A stretch of DNA of 64,000 nt from Sphyrna mokarran (GCA_024679065.1 JAGIQG010000024.1:3038001-3102000), one strand, 5' to 3'; positions 12,493 to 24,136 are shown, counted from the first letter of the stretch. The notes: generated from the sequence alone by a model not told the origin. Numbers and translations: made by a program.

Positions 12493-15400
12493 TGAGAATG
12501 AATGGGAAATTTTTAAAAATGTGACTTTTGTTTTTGGGACAGGTACCTCTCAAGCTCAAGAGAACATCTCAAGGCTCGGGAGGTGCTTAACTTTGCAACG
12601 GTCAGTTACTGTTTCAGCAGTCGATCAAAAAGAAAACCTGGATCCTGCAACCCGATAATCCACTGGGCATGCAAAGTATTCCAAGCCAGAGAAGATATGC
12701 CACACATAATAGGAATCACCATACACTCAATTTTCATTTTCTTTTATTATAAACTTTATAACCACAGAAATTTTATCCTTCAGTTTCGTCAAATGGCTTC
12801 AGAACATAAAAATAAAATCAAGTCAGGACTATCGTCTTCTGAACTTTGTAGTGAAATGTTGCTTCTTAACTAAGTTATCAATAATTATTTTGCATAAAAT
12901 TTAGTTTTAATGGTCGAATAGCCAGAGCAGACCATTTGATTTCTGATTATGACCAGTTCCTGCCTTCTCCCCTCACTACCAGTCTCTCTTTTCCAAGTCT
13001 GCAACTTGGCTGCTGAGGATACCTTTTGCAAGAATAGGCACCTCTTTCTAGTGATTTATTTTGAGCCATGTTATTCTCTATTGTCTGTGTTCAGTTTATT
13101 AATTAAAGAACAAAGGAGCAGGACGCCATCGATCCCCTTAACCCTATTGGCTTTGGCTCGCTGGGCTTAGGTGAGAGCAGGTTTAAGCAGAATGTGCTAC
13201 TGGTTTTCAGTTGCGTTCACACCTCCAAAGGTGTTCCTGACAATGGCAGGGATTACGGAAGACGCCTCACCTGCATACGGTGTCATATGTGGGAGTTCCT
13301 GGAGGCAAGACCTCTCCCGAAAGTCCATTTATGCGTCAAATGTTTGGAGCTGCAGCGTCTGAGGGCTCGGGTCAAGCAACTAGAGCGGCGATTGGAAGAT
13401 GCATTTTTAGTCTGGAAGAACAAGGCAATCATGGAAGGGAGGCAGAGTAAGGTGGCGGACCTGGAGCCTAAGCAGGGGGGTAACCTGATCCTTACAGGTG
13501 GATTACTGTAAGGAAGGGGAAAAAGTCCAAAGATTTTCCCAGTGGCAGCCCCCCAAAATACCGAGGGCAGAGGGGTAAAAAAGATAAGGCAGAAGGACCA
13601 GAGTACCTCAAAGGGGAGGAAAGGGGCTAGAAGGGAGATAGTGGTGGGGGATGGGAGGGTTAAAGGAATAGATAGGCGCTTCTGTGGTCAAAGGCGGGAC
13701 TCCAGGATGGTAGTTTGCCTCCCTGGAGCAGGGTTGCAAGATGTGTCTGACAGGGTAGAGGGCATTTTTGAAGGGTGAGGTGATCCAGGCTGATGTGATT
13801 ATTCACGTAGGAGAGAAGGATGTAGGAAGGAAGAGCAGGGAGGATATATGAAGGCAGTTCAGAGAGTTGGGGGGTAGGCTGAACAGCAGGGCATCCAGGG
13901 TGGTGATCTCAGGGCTGCTTCCAGGGCCAAGTAATTGCGGGGCCAGGAAAAATGAGATCCTACAGTTGAATGCATGGCTGAAGGACTGCTGTAGAGCAGA
14001 GGGTTTCATATTTGTGGATAACTGGGAAGTCTTTGTGAAAGAAGGGCACCTGTATAGAAGGGACGGGGAACACTTAAATGGGAAGGGCGTGAATATCTTA
14101 GCTGGGAGGTTAGCTGGAGTGTTTTGGCAGGATTTAAACTAATATGGAGGGGGGAGGGGCTGAGACTGATAGCTCGGTAGAGAGTGAGATGGGAGATAGA
14201 GTAAGCTTGGATGAGAAGAAATACACCAGGGAGAAGGAGGTTCCGAGTGGGCTTGGAGATCTGGAGTGTGTCTGTTTCAATGCGAGGAGCGTAACAGGAA
14301 AAATGAATGAACTTAGGGCCTTAATGTTTGCGAGGAACTTGGATGTGGTTGCAGAGACGGAGATGTGGTTAAAGGAAGGGGAGCAGTGGCAGCTGAACAT
14401 TCCTGGGTATAAGTGTTTCAGGCGTGACAGAGAAGGGTCCAGAAGAGGTGGAGGAGTGGCATTGTTAGTTAGGGAGAGCATCACAGCGGTGCAGAGGAAG
14501 GACAATTCAGAGGAGTTAGGAGTGGAGTCGCTGTGGGTGGAGTTGAGGAATAAAAAGGGGGTGATTACTATGCTAGGGCTGTACTATAGGCCACTCAACA
14601 GCCCGCCGAAGAAGACATATGTAAAGACATTTTGGATAGGAGCAGAAAGAACAGAGTCGTTATAGTGGGAGATTTTAATCTCCCTAGGGTGGATTGGAAA
14701 GTACATAGAGCTGGGGGTTTGGATGGGGAGGAATTTGTAAAATGTGTACTGGAAGGATTATTGGAGCAGTATGTAGCTAGCCCGACTAGAGAAGGGGCTA
14801 TATTGGATTTAGTTCTGAGTAATGAGCCAGAGCAGGTGGTTGATGTTGTAATAGGGGAACATGTGGCTAACAGTGACCACAATTCTGTCTATTTTAGGAT
14901 ACAGATGGAAAAGGATGCTTGTTGCCGAGGGACAGGGTGCTGAATTGGTGGAAGGCTAACTACGGTCGGATTAGGCAGGAACTTATGGAAACTGATTGGG
15001 AACGGTTGTTCAAGGGTAAGTCCACGCTGGGCATGTGGGACTTTTTCAAGGGAATACTGAAAATGTTGCAATAAAGATATGTGCCGGCCAAGAGGAAAGA
15101 CAGGAAAGGTAGGATTAGAGAGCCGTGGATTACTAGGGATATCGAGGACTTGGTTAGGAAGAGAGGCGTATGTTAGGTCAAAGCAGCTGGGAATGGAGAG
15201 AGCATTGGAGAAATATAGAGAGAATAGGAGGGAGCTCAAACGGGGAGTTAGAAGGGCAAAAAGGGGGCATGAAATGATTTTGGCGGATAGGATTAAGGAA
15301 AATCCAAAGGCTTATTACTCCTATGTTAGAAATAAAAGGGTGGTTAGAGGAAAAATCGGACCTCTTAGGGATAGAGCAGAGGAACTGTGGTTAGAGCCCA

Positions 15401-16036
15401 AGGGAATGGGGGAGATCCTGAATGAATACTTTGCGTCGGTATTCACGAAGGAGAAAGCCTTGTTGACCGGTCCCATCTCTGAGGGAGCTGTAGACTAGTT
15501 GAGGGAAATATCAATACTGAGGGAAGGAAGTGTTAGAGCTTCTAGGTAGCATTAAAATTGATAAATCTCCGGGGCCTGATGGCATATATCCCAGGCTGTT
15601 TACTGAGGCACAAGGTGAAATTGCTGGGCCTCTGACGCAAATCTTTGTCTCTTCTTTCGACACAGGTGAGGTTCCAGAGGACTGGAGAATAGCTAATGTT
15701 GTACCGTTGTTTACAAAGGGTAGTAGGGATAACCCTGGAACTTATAGGCCGGTGAGTTTGACGTCAGTGGTAGGGAAGCTATTGGAGGGGATTCTTAGAA
15801 ATAGGATGCATAGGCACTTAGAGTGTTGCAATTTGATTAGGGATACGCAGCACGGATTTGTTAAGAGGAGGTCGTGTCTTACGAATCTGGTAGAATTTTT
15901 TGAGGTGACGAAAATGGTTGACGAAGGGCGAGCCGTTGATGTCGTCTATGTGGATTTCAGTAAGGCGTTTGACAAAGTCCTTCATGGGAGGTTAGTTGAA
16001 AAGGTCAAGGCTAATGGGATACAAGGACAGGTAGCT
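12493..16036 (+). repeat. Segmental duplication copy 1, right block (matches 60457-64000, offset 47964)
   Basis: Identical ORFs at constant offset up to the window end. Confidence 0.97.
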
Positions 16037-17522
16037 AGATGGATAAGTAACTGGCTTGGTAATAGGAGACAGAGAGTAATAGTGGAAGGATGTTTCTCTA
16101 GCTGGAGGTCGGTCACTAGTGGTGTGCCGCAGGGCTCGGTACTGGGACCTCTTCTATTTGTAATATATATAAATGACTTGGAAGAGGGAGTAAGTGGAGT
16201 GATCAGCAAGTTTGCAGACGATACAAAGATGGCTGGACTTGCAGATAGTGAGGAACATTGTCAGGCAATGCAGCAGGATATAGATAGGCTGGTAGCTTGG
16301 GCAGACAGATGGCAGATGGAATTCAATCTGGATAAGTGCGAGGTGATGCATTTTGAGAGAAAGAATGTAGTGGGGAGGTATATGATAAAGGGTAGACCTA
16401 TTAGGAGTATAGAAACGCAGACGGACCTGGGGGTGCAGGTCCACAAGTCTCTGAAGGTGGCAGAACAGGTGGAGAAGGTTGTGAAGAAAGCATATGGTAT
16501 GCTAGCCTTTATAGGAAGGGGTACAGAGTACAAGATCTGGCCTTTAATCTTGCAGTTGTATAAAACATTGGTTAGACCTCATTTGGAATACTACATCCAG
16601 TTCTGGTCGCCTTACTACTGGAAGAACGTGGAGACTCTGGAGAGAGTGCAGAGGAGATTTACCAGGATGCTGCCTGATATGGAAGGTCTGAGTTACGAGG
16701 AGAGGTTAGGCAAATTGGGGCTGTTTTCCTTAAAAAGATGTAGACTTAGAGGAGATCTAACAGAGGTGTACAAAATTATGAGGGGTAGAGATAGAGTAAA
16801 CAGGGTTAAGCTTTTTCCTAGGATGGACTCAAAAAGCACGAGGGGTCATGGGCTTAAGGTCAGGGAGGTAAGGTATAATTTGGATGCTAGAGGGAGTTTT
16901 TTTTCCACACAGAGGGTGGTAGGGGTATGGAACACACTGCTAAGTAAAGTGGTGGAGGCAGGCACTCTGGAGTTATTTAAGAGATACTTAGATGGGCACA
17001 TGAACAGAATGGGAATGGAGGGATATAGAAAACTGATTTAAAATAGGGATCATGAGCCTTGGGAGTCCCTGGAAAGTGTGTAAATAGATGATGATATTGA
17101 TGTACTTGTTTTTATCCTACAGGTGCTTTGGTCCACCTTGTTGTCTAACAAGGGGCATATACACGATGGGTCGTGAGAGGGCTGCTCTTGGATTTTTTTT
17201 GAGAGTATCCTAATGCTTCACATCGTTAGTGTACGCTTGACCTGGACCATTTGATGGGCAACATGACAGCTCAGTGACTATTGCTGTGCTGTGCAGATAC
17301 GTAGATTTGGGCCTGTGTCTGTGGGAGTTTGCGCGTTCTCCCTGTGCTTGCCTGGGTTTTCTCCAGGTATTCCAGTTTCCTCCCACATCCCAAAAGATGT
17401 ACTCTTAGGCTAATTGGCAGAACAAATTCTCCCTAAATTGTCTCAAATTTGGTTTCAATCCATAGATCTATAAAAAATAGATAGGAATCACAGGTAGAGG
17501 TAGGATAAATGAGGTGGTAGCA
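13105..17522 (+). mobile_element. Near-full-length CR1 LINE: ORF1 (CxxC zinc finger + SGNH esterase, ~13240-14142), ORF2 (APE+RT, ~14144-17041), long 3' UTR; several stops and frameshifts
   Basis: CIRC..CVKC, VVGDGRVK, CLPGAG, FNARS, GDFNLP, SDHN, KFADD motifs; 503-aa RT ORF. Confidence 0.95.
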
Positions 17523-17556
17523 CATAAGCAGGTGAAGGCAAGAGATGTGATGCAGG

Positions 17557-17562
17557 TTTATT
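17557..17562 (-). terminator. Putative polyadenylation signal of the B7-like gene
   Basis: AATAAA on the minus strand ~240 nt after the TM-A stop codon. Confidence 0.5.
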
Positions 17563-17803
17563 TCATTAAAATAAATATCTCCAAAAGCTTCTCATGCTAC
17601 ATATCGTGCATTGAGTTGTTTAAATTACAAACACAATTTTCAAAATATAAATAAAGTTAAATTTCTCCTGATCCTGCAGGAGTTAATGACATTTACATTT
17701 GGGCAGAGCTTTAAGAAGCAGTAATTCCATCTTGCTTCATGGCTACTTGGATAAATAATCACACATTTCCCTGAATGGTCCATCAAGAATTACAGAATCC
17801 ATT

Positions 17804-17940
17804 TTAAAGTTCTCCTGTTATTTTACGATGATGTTTCTTGCACACAACTGTCACCAGCATTAATATAATGAGAAATTCAGTGACAAGGAGAGAGACAAGT
17901 GACCATCGAATTCTTGTCTGTGCTTCAGGAGTTTCCAATT
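17804..17940 (-). CDS. B7-like gene TM/cytoplasmic exon (TM-A): ELETPEAQTRIRWSLVSLLVTEFLIILMLVTVVCKKHHRKITGEL*
   Basis: Acceptor ttttcctttttctcag|AA; phase 1 matches the IgC donor; hydrophobic helix followed by a basic stop-transfer segment. Confidence 0.82.
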
Positions 17941-18739
17941 CTGAGAAAAAGGAAAATAACTGTTGGTGGTTTCAGCTTTAACTTCATTTTTTTGGTTCAT
18001 GGTTTAAAATACAATGAAAGAACAGTTTTAAGAATCCAATTTATGATTTTTTTACAATGGATAGTGTAATAAGACCCTAAATCAGGAACAATATTTAACA
18101 GAATATAACACCTTTAACACTGAAAAAACATCCCAAAGCAGCAAGCAAAGAAAAGCACTTGATGTTATATCATGTCATTCATGATTGCAAAGCAATTTAC
18201 AACCAATGAAGTATTTGAAACTCAGGTCATTAGTGTAATGCAGGGAGAACAGAGGCAATATGTGCAAAACAAGCAAATCTCCCACTCATCTGACAAAAGG
18301 AGCAGTGCCCCAAAAGCTAGTGGCACTTGCAACCAAATAAACCTGTTGTACTTTAACCTGGTGTTGTGAGACTTCTTACAACAAGCTCCACCTGACTCAA
18401 CAAGATTGGTGCTAAAGGGAGACATGAACACACAACCACCTATCACTGACGGATGATATCTGCAAAAGGAAATATTGGATGGGAAGGCACAATAATAAAA
18501 TCTATGTCTTTGACTAATCAAAGGGAAATTTTAAAGGAGAGGGGGGGATAGAAGGAGTAGGGTGATAGGGAAGGAGTTTGCCAGCAGCCAGAAGTAGTAA
18601 GTTAGGAGTAGAATTCTTAATTTTGAAGGTTCCAGATACAAAGAGAGATAAGGCCACAAAAAAAAAAAAAGACTAGAAACAAGAATTTTAAATCTGAGGC
18701 ACTGTGGTGATGAAGGCCAGTGAGCATTGGGTGAAAGTT

Positions 18740-19000
18740 CATAGAATTATTGAGCCACTACAGTAGAGAATGAGGCCATTCGTCTCAAGTCTGTACTGTC
18801 TCTGAAGACCATCCACCCCAGGCCGTCCCCTTGCACATTTACCATGGTTCATCCACCTAAGCAAGATATCTTTGAACCATAAAGAAAACCATGCAGACAG
18901 GGGGAATTTGCAAACCGCAAAGAGACAGACACCCAAGGCTAGAATTTAACTCGGGTCCCTGGCACCATGATGTAGCAATGCTAACGACTGTGCCACTCAT
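18740..19000 (-). mobile_element. Degenerate HE1/V-SINE-type tRNA SINE
   Basis: Minus strand: gtggcacagtcgttagcattgc...ccgagttaaattc head, then a V-domain-like segment. Confidence 0.6.
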
Positions 19001-19515
19001 TGGGTCTCAGACCAGGATGGGATAAAGGATAGGAGTTTTGGAAGGGCTGGAATTTATATAGGGAGCAGGATTCCAAAATCGCAAAGAGGGAGAGAGAGTG
19101 ATGGAGAGACAACAAGAAACATTGCAGTATTCTAGTCACAATTGTCTAGAGTCAAAAGGTATTTAAAAGCAAAAAAAAGTTTGTTAAAAATCACAAATTC
19201 AAACATGCAGCTGTTCTTTCATGATCTTGGAAACTGATAAATATCAATAAAATCAGCCGTTTAGACTTATGATACTGAAATAGAAGCTATATGAAAATAA
19301 GAATCAATTTGTAGAAGGACTATTTCTGTTTTTAGCAACCAAAACTGTGACACATCACTCACAGAAACCTGGGGGACAAACTAGAAAAATGCAGCTGGTT
19401 CCTACATTTCATGTCAATTCATTGTTCTCCATTAAGGTGTAGTAATTCAGCACTGCATTACAAGACAACATGAGCTTCAGAATATAGAGTGTGTCAGATA
19501 TACAAGTGAACCTAC

Positions 19516-19800
19516 CTTTAGAAAGGCCAAATGTTCGAGAGACTGATTGATGTAGTACATCATTCCTTAATCTAAATGTGTAGTTAGAACTTCTATTGGC
19601 ATCACTGACTTCCAGAATACTCTGCAGTGAATAGAGACCATCTCCACTTTGCTGGTATAAAGTCTCAGACAATGGAGAAATATCCTTGTTTTCGTCATTG
19701 TACCAGGAAACGGAAGCTTTGGGATAACCTTGGGATTCAAATTTGAACACTGTCCCAGAAGGTCTCAGATGAATAGAAAAATCAGGTTCCTTGTAAAATG
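19516..19800 (-). CDS. B7-like gene IgC-domain exon (95 codons, phase 1-1)
   Basis: ccctgcag|CA...AAAG|gtagg; FYKEP..ESQGYPKASVSWY..GLYSLQSILEV..NYTFRLRNDVLHQ aligns by eye to the B7-H3/PD-L1 IgC pattern. Confidence 0.9.
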
Positions 19801-20899
19801 CTGCAGGGCAAATGCAGACAAGTCGTCAGAAACAAGAAATAAACAAAATTATGCCAACTAGGGTCTCCCCCATTAATTACCATAATTGAATGCAATAAAA
19901 AAAAAAATGTTCAAATGACAAGTCTGAGTACAAACAGATCAGTGACAGTTAGTGATCAATTTGTAAAGATGTTTAAACCACAAATTAATAATGTAGCCAT
20001 AACATTACTATAATATCCAACAGGCTGCTGTTAGAGCAGATTCAGTATTGAGTAGAATACTGTTCAGCAGTTTAGATTGCCACTGATGGACATTAAGATA
20101 TAGTCAAACAGGGTTAAAATCAGCTACTCATGTTCAATTGGAACTGACTTTTTATATGGTGACAGCACCCCAGCAGACGAAATGACCTATAACTGCTGAA
20201 TGGGCTGCCTGTAACTCTTCTTGAAAATAAAGAGAGTCTCTGAGCAGCTGGCTGAGTGTGCTGTTTTTTAATGTTACCCAGTCACTCGTTAGACTGATGG
20301 GCACAAATATCAACTTGTGATTTCACAACTACTCCCATGACTCCGGATTACTATCCTCCCAGCCAGAACTGGCAGCTTCTGAACTCAATTTTATCAATCT
20401 AGCAGATGGGAAAATGTAAATGAGTTTTAGGAAATTGGATCTGATCATTAAATCCACAAGATTCACCACATTTCACTGGAATTCTATCATGAGATTTAGA
20501 ATACAAATTGAAGCATGTGTTTACTCCTTCCATTCCTGATATTTTCCCTCCCCTTGCTCCTGTAAGAGTTTGAAGCTTTGCTGGGGTAAACAGTGTCATG
20601 TTCAATTAGTTAAATCATCATCATTCATATACGCAACTCTCAATATTCACCTATGATGGCTACATCAGCTTAATGATGTCCAATTGGTAAAGTGAACAGC
20701 CAATAGGGGAGTTTCCACCTTAAGAGACATGGCAAGGTCAGCCAATACCCTGTTGGGAGTAGAGAGGAGCTAAACCCTGTGACAATCCACTTGGTCTGTA
20801 CTGCTTACTTTAGACACTCACTCACTGGATCATTGCAGGTTACCAAGAAGCATGATTTTGATATACAGCACAGAGACCCAAAAAAATAGAAAGAAGTAC

Positions 20900-21253
20900 C
20901 AGCAAATATTAGAGACAGCGTGTCGTGGCCACCTCCCTTTGTATTACTGACAAAGCACTTGTATTGTCCAGCATCCTCTGCTCTCACTCCTTCCAGCTTC
21001 ATTGAGGCATTCCCGTGTTTTAATTCCTCATGGAATAAGCTTGTCCTCCCCGAATAACGAGAGCTTTGGTGACTCAGTTGCTCTTTCCCATAATAATAAC
21101 TAAAAACAACTTCCTCAGTCTCGACTCGTTGCCAATTGATGACCAATCCATCGAGTGACGATTTATCCTGAACTGTAAAGCTACATCCCAGCACTGTATA
21201 CTGGCCATAGATAGCAGTCACTGGGGTCTCTGAGGTATAAACCCTAAATTCAG
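20900..21253 (-). CDS. B7-family (CD276/HHLA2-like) IgV-domain exon (118 codons, phase 1-1)
   Basis: ttcttcacag|CT...GCTG|gtact; VLGCSF, INWQR, YSGRTSLF, GNASMKLEGVRAEDAGQYKCFV are canonical B7/butyrophilin IgV motifs. Confidence 0.95.
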
Positions 21254-22487
21254 CTGTGAAGAAAAAAAAAAGCGAATATAGGAGGTTTATTGCAAAAATC
21301 AGTTTAAGGACAGTTAATCTGACCATATTTAACCTTGAACACATCAAAAAAAACAAACAAACTGCAAATTATTTCTCTGCTTTCTCTCTTCTCTTCTCCC
21401 CTTCCTCTGATGGAAGGATATTTCCTGATACGTTGTCTCACCGATTCACTCAACAAGCTCACCTGAACGTTACAGGAACTGAACTGGTCAAGGTCATTGC
21501 CCAGCAATCAGGACAGGACCCAAAATCCATCTTTTTAAACTTACTGTAGCCAGAGGACTCCAGGCTTCCCGTTCCCTTGCAGTCCAATTCAATCCTGCCC
21601 CAATTTAAAATTTGTTAGGACAGACTATGCAACAAGTCTAGTATCTCCTTGTGTGCGTGCCTGGTGTCAAAGCAGGGTCTCTGTCCATCCTGAGGGAGGA
21701 CAGAAAGTTTGGAAATTGATGGGAATATTAAAATAAACATGGAATGCTGAGAGAGGACAAGGAGCAGATAAATAACTTCCACACATGTGACAGAGGGTAC
21801 CAAAAGCCCAAATATAAAATCAATATAATAAATATTAGCTGAATAACCATGAATGTACTAACACCATTGAAGGAAAGAGTAATGATTGAAATGCCTGATA
21901 CAGGGGGATTGGACTGGATAATTGGTTAAATATTGGTCTCTCAACTCTGCGATTAGGGATGAATCCAATCCAAGTTGAGAATCTTCATGAATCGATACCA
22001 TTTGCAGAATTTTAACCGTTTCCCCTCCAGATCCCACTGACCACGAACGCGATATAAAACTGCCCCAAATTAGCAATCTCACTTCACAAGTTTCCAGGTC
22101 TGAGTAAGATCATTCGGAGTGGGGGGGGGGAAAATGTTTGAAATGGCTCTAGACTGTTGAGATTGAACATAGAAAAAAACATAATCCGAAAATGCTTCCA
22201 GCAAGTCAACAGCATCTACTTTTAGCTTGTGTGCGTTGGTCACGTAGTTCGCGATGAAAGATGCACTTGCGATCCGGGGCGAAGTGTTTGACTGTTTTAT
22301 TCACAATTATGAGAAATTCAGCAACTTGAGTTAAAATGTTTCAGTCTCCCCTAGCATAGTAACTCGCGCTCTCTCGTCTGGCAAAATTTAACCACTTTTT
22401 CATAATATTTAATCACTTATGGGACAGGGGCACAGCCGCCACCTGTAACTCCACTCACCACCTCCTCTCTCAGCTCTGTTCACTTAC

Positions 22488-22640
22488 CCAGTTAATGGTT
22501 CTAATATAAAAAGTTACAAACTGGGCGGTCCCAGAGTCGTTATATCCCATGACGATTCACGTCATTGTGTGTATCGGAATCTCCATGGTGATTCTTAATA
22601 AGACTGGGGAGAAATGGAACTTCCACTTCCTCCGAAGTTT
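22488..22640 (-). promoter_or_regulatory. Candidate promoter / non-coding first exon of the B7-like gene
   Basis: Locally CpG-enriched unique DNA; GAGGAAGT (PU.1/ETS-like, 22632-22625) next to GGAAGTTCC (kB-like, 22624-22616); strong donor TGG|gtaagt at 22488/22487. Confidence 0.4.
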
Positions 22641-22871
22641 ATCTGTGGTTCCGTCACAGTTTTCAGTGTAAATGCAGCCTCTGTGAAACATCGGACAGAC
22701 TCCCAACAACATGATATAAAATCACCACAGACAGAAAATGAAAACGAGCTAATTGCCAGCAGCTAAAATCTGTGGAGAGAGAAACAGAGTTCATGTGCCA
22801 CATTGTATACATACCAGCTAAAAGATGCATTGTAGCAAGGCTCCTTAGACAGCAATCTCCAACCCCAGGAT

Positions 22872-24136
22872 ATAGAACATAGAACATAGAACAATACAGC
22901 ACAGAACAGGCCCTTCGGCCTTCGATGTTGTGCCGACCAAAATAAAAAGCAATGCCCCTCCTAACTAAACCATTCCCTTCTCATCCATATACTTATCAAC
23001 TAACCTCTTAAACGCCACCAAACTTGGCGCATCTACAACAGCTGCAGGCAGGGCATTCCACTCCCTAATCACTCTTTGAGTAAAGAACCTACCTCTGATA
23101 TCCGTCCTATAACTCATACCCCTTAATTTAAAGCTGTGTCCCCTCGTGCTAGCTTTTTCCATCCTAGGAAAAAGGCTATCACTGTCCACCCTATCTAAAC
23201 CTCTAATCATCTTATATGTTTCGATAAGGTCCCCTCTTAGCCGCCTCCTTTCTAACGAAAACAACCTCAAATCCTTCAGCCTCTCTTCATAGGACCTGCC
23301 CTCCATACCAGGCAACATCCTGGTAAACCTCCTCTGTACCCTCTCCAATGCCTCCACATCTTTCTTATAATGTGGCGACCAGAACTGCACACAATACTCC
23401 AAGTGCGGCCGCACTAGAGTTTTGTACAGCTGCAACATGATGCTGCGGCTCCTAAATTCAATCCCCCTACCAATAAAAGCTAAGACTCCATAAGCCTTCT
23501 TAACAACTTTATCCACTTGACTGCCTACTTTCAGGGATCTATTGACACATACACCAAGATCCTTCTGTTCCTCAACACTATTAAGAGCCCTACCATTAGC
23601 CCTATACTCTACACATTTATTGTTCCTGCCAAAGTGCATTACCTCACACTTTTCCACATTAAACTCCATTTGCCACCTCTCGGCCCAGCTCTGCAACTTG
23701 TCCAAGTCACTCTGTAAACTAAAACACCCCTCTTCACTATCTACCACACCACCAACTTTAGTATCATCTGCAAATTTACTGATCCATCCCTCAATACCCT
23801 CATCCAGATCATTTATAAAAATTACAAACAGCAGGGGCCCCAAAACAGACCCCTGAGGCACACCACTCGTCACCGAACTCCACGATGAATATCTCCCATC
23901 AACCACCACCCTCTGTCTTCTATCTGCCAGCCAATTCCTAATCCAATTAGCTAAATCACCCTCTATTCCACACATCTGCATTTTCTGTAGAAGTCTTCCA
24001 TGGGCCACCTTATCAAACGCCTTACTAAAGTCCATATATACTACATCAACCGCCTTACCCCCATCCACCTCTCTGGTCACTTTCTCAAAAAACTCAATGA
24101 GGTTAGTAAGGCATGACCTACCCTTCACGAAACCAC
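22872..24136 (-). mobile_element. Young 5'-truncated CR1 with an uninterrupted 387-aa RT C-terminal ORF
   Basis: ORF 22965-24128; stem-loop and (TTCTATG)n tail. Confidence 0.95.

Noticed and set aside
13105-17041. Active autonomous CR1
   Set aside because: Multiple stops and frameshifts in both ORF1 and ORF2
20900-21253. Assigning the gene symbol CD276 or HHLA2
   Set aside because: Family is clear but orthology needs a phylogeny and synteny
22734-22743. ISRE-like GAAAATGAAA
   Set aside because: Lies in a decayed Penelope-like repeat; a short motif that is likely chance
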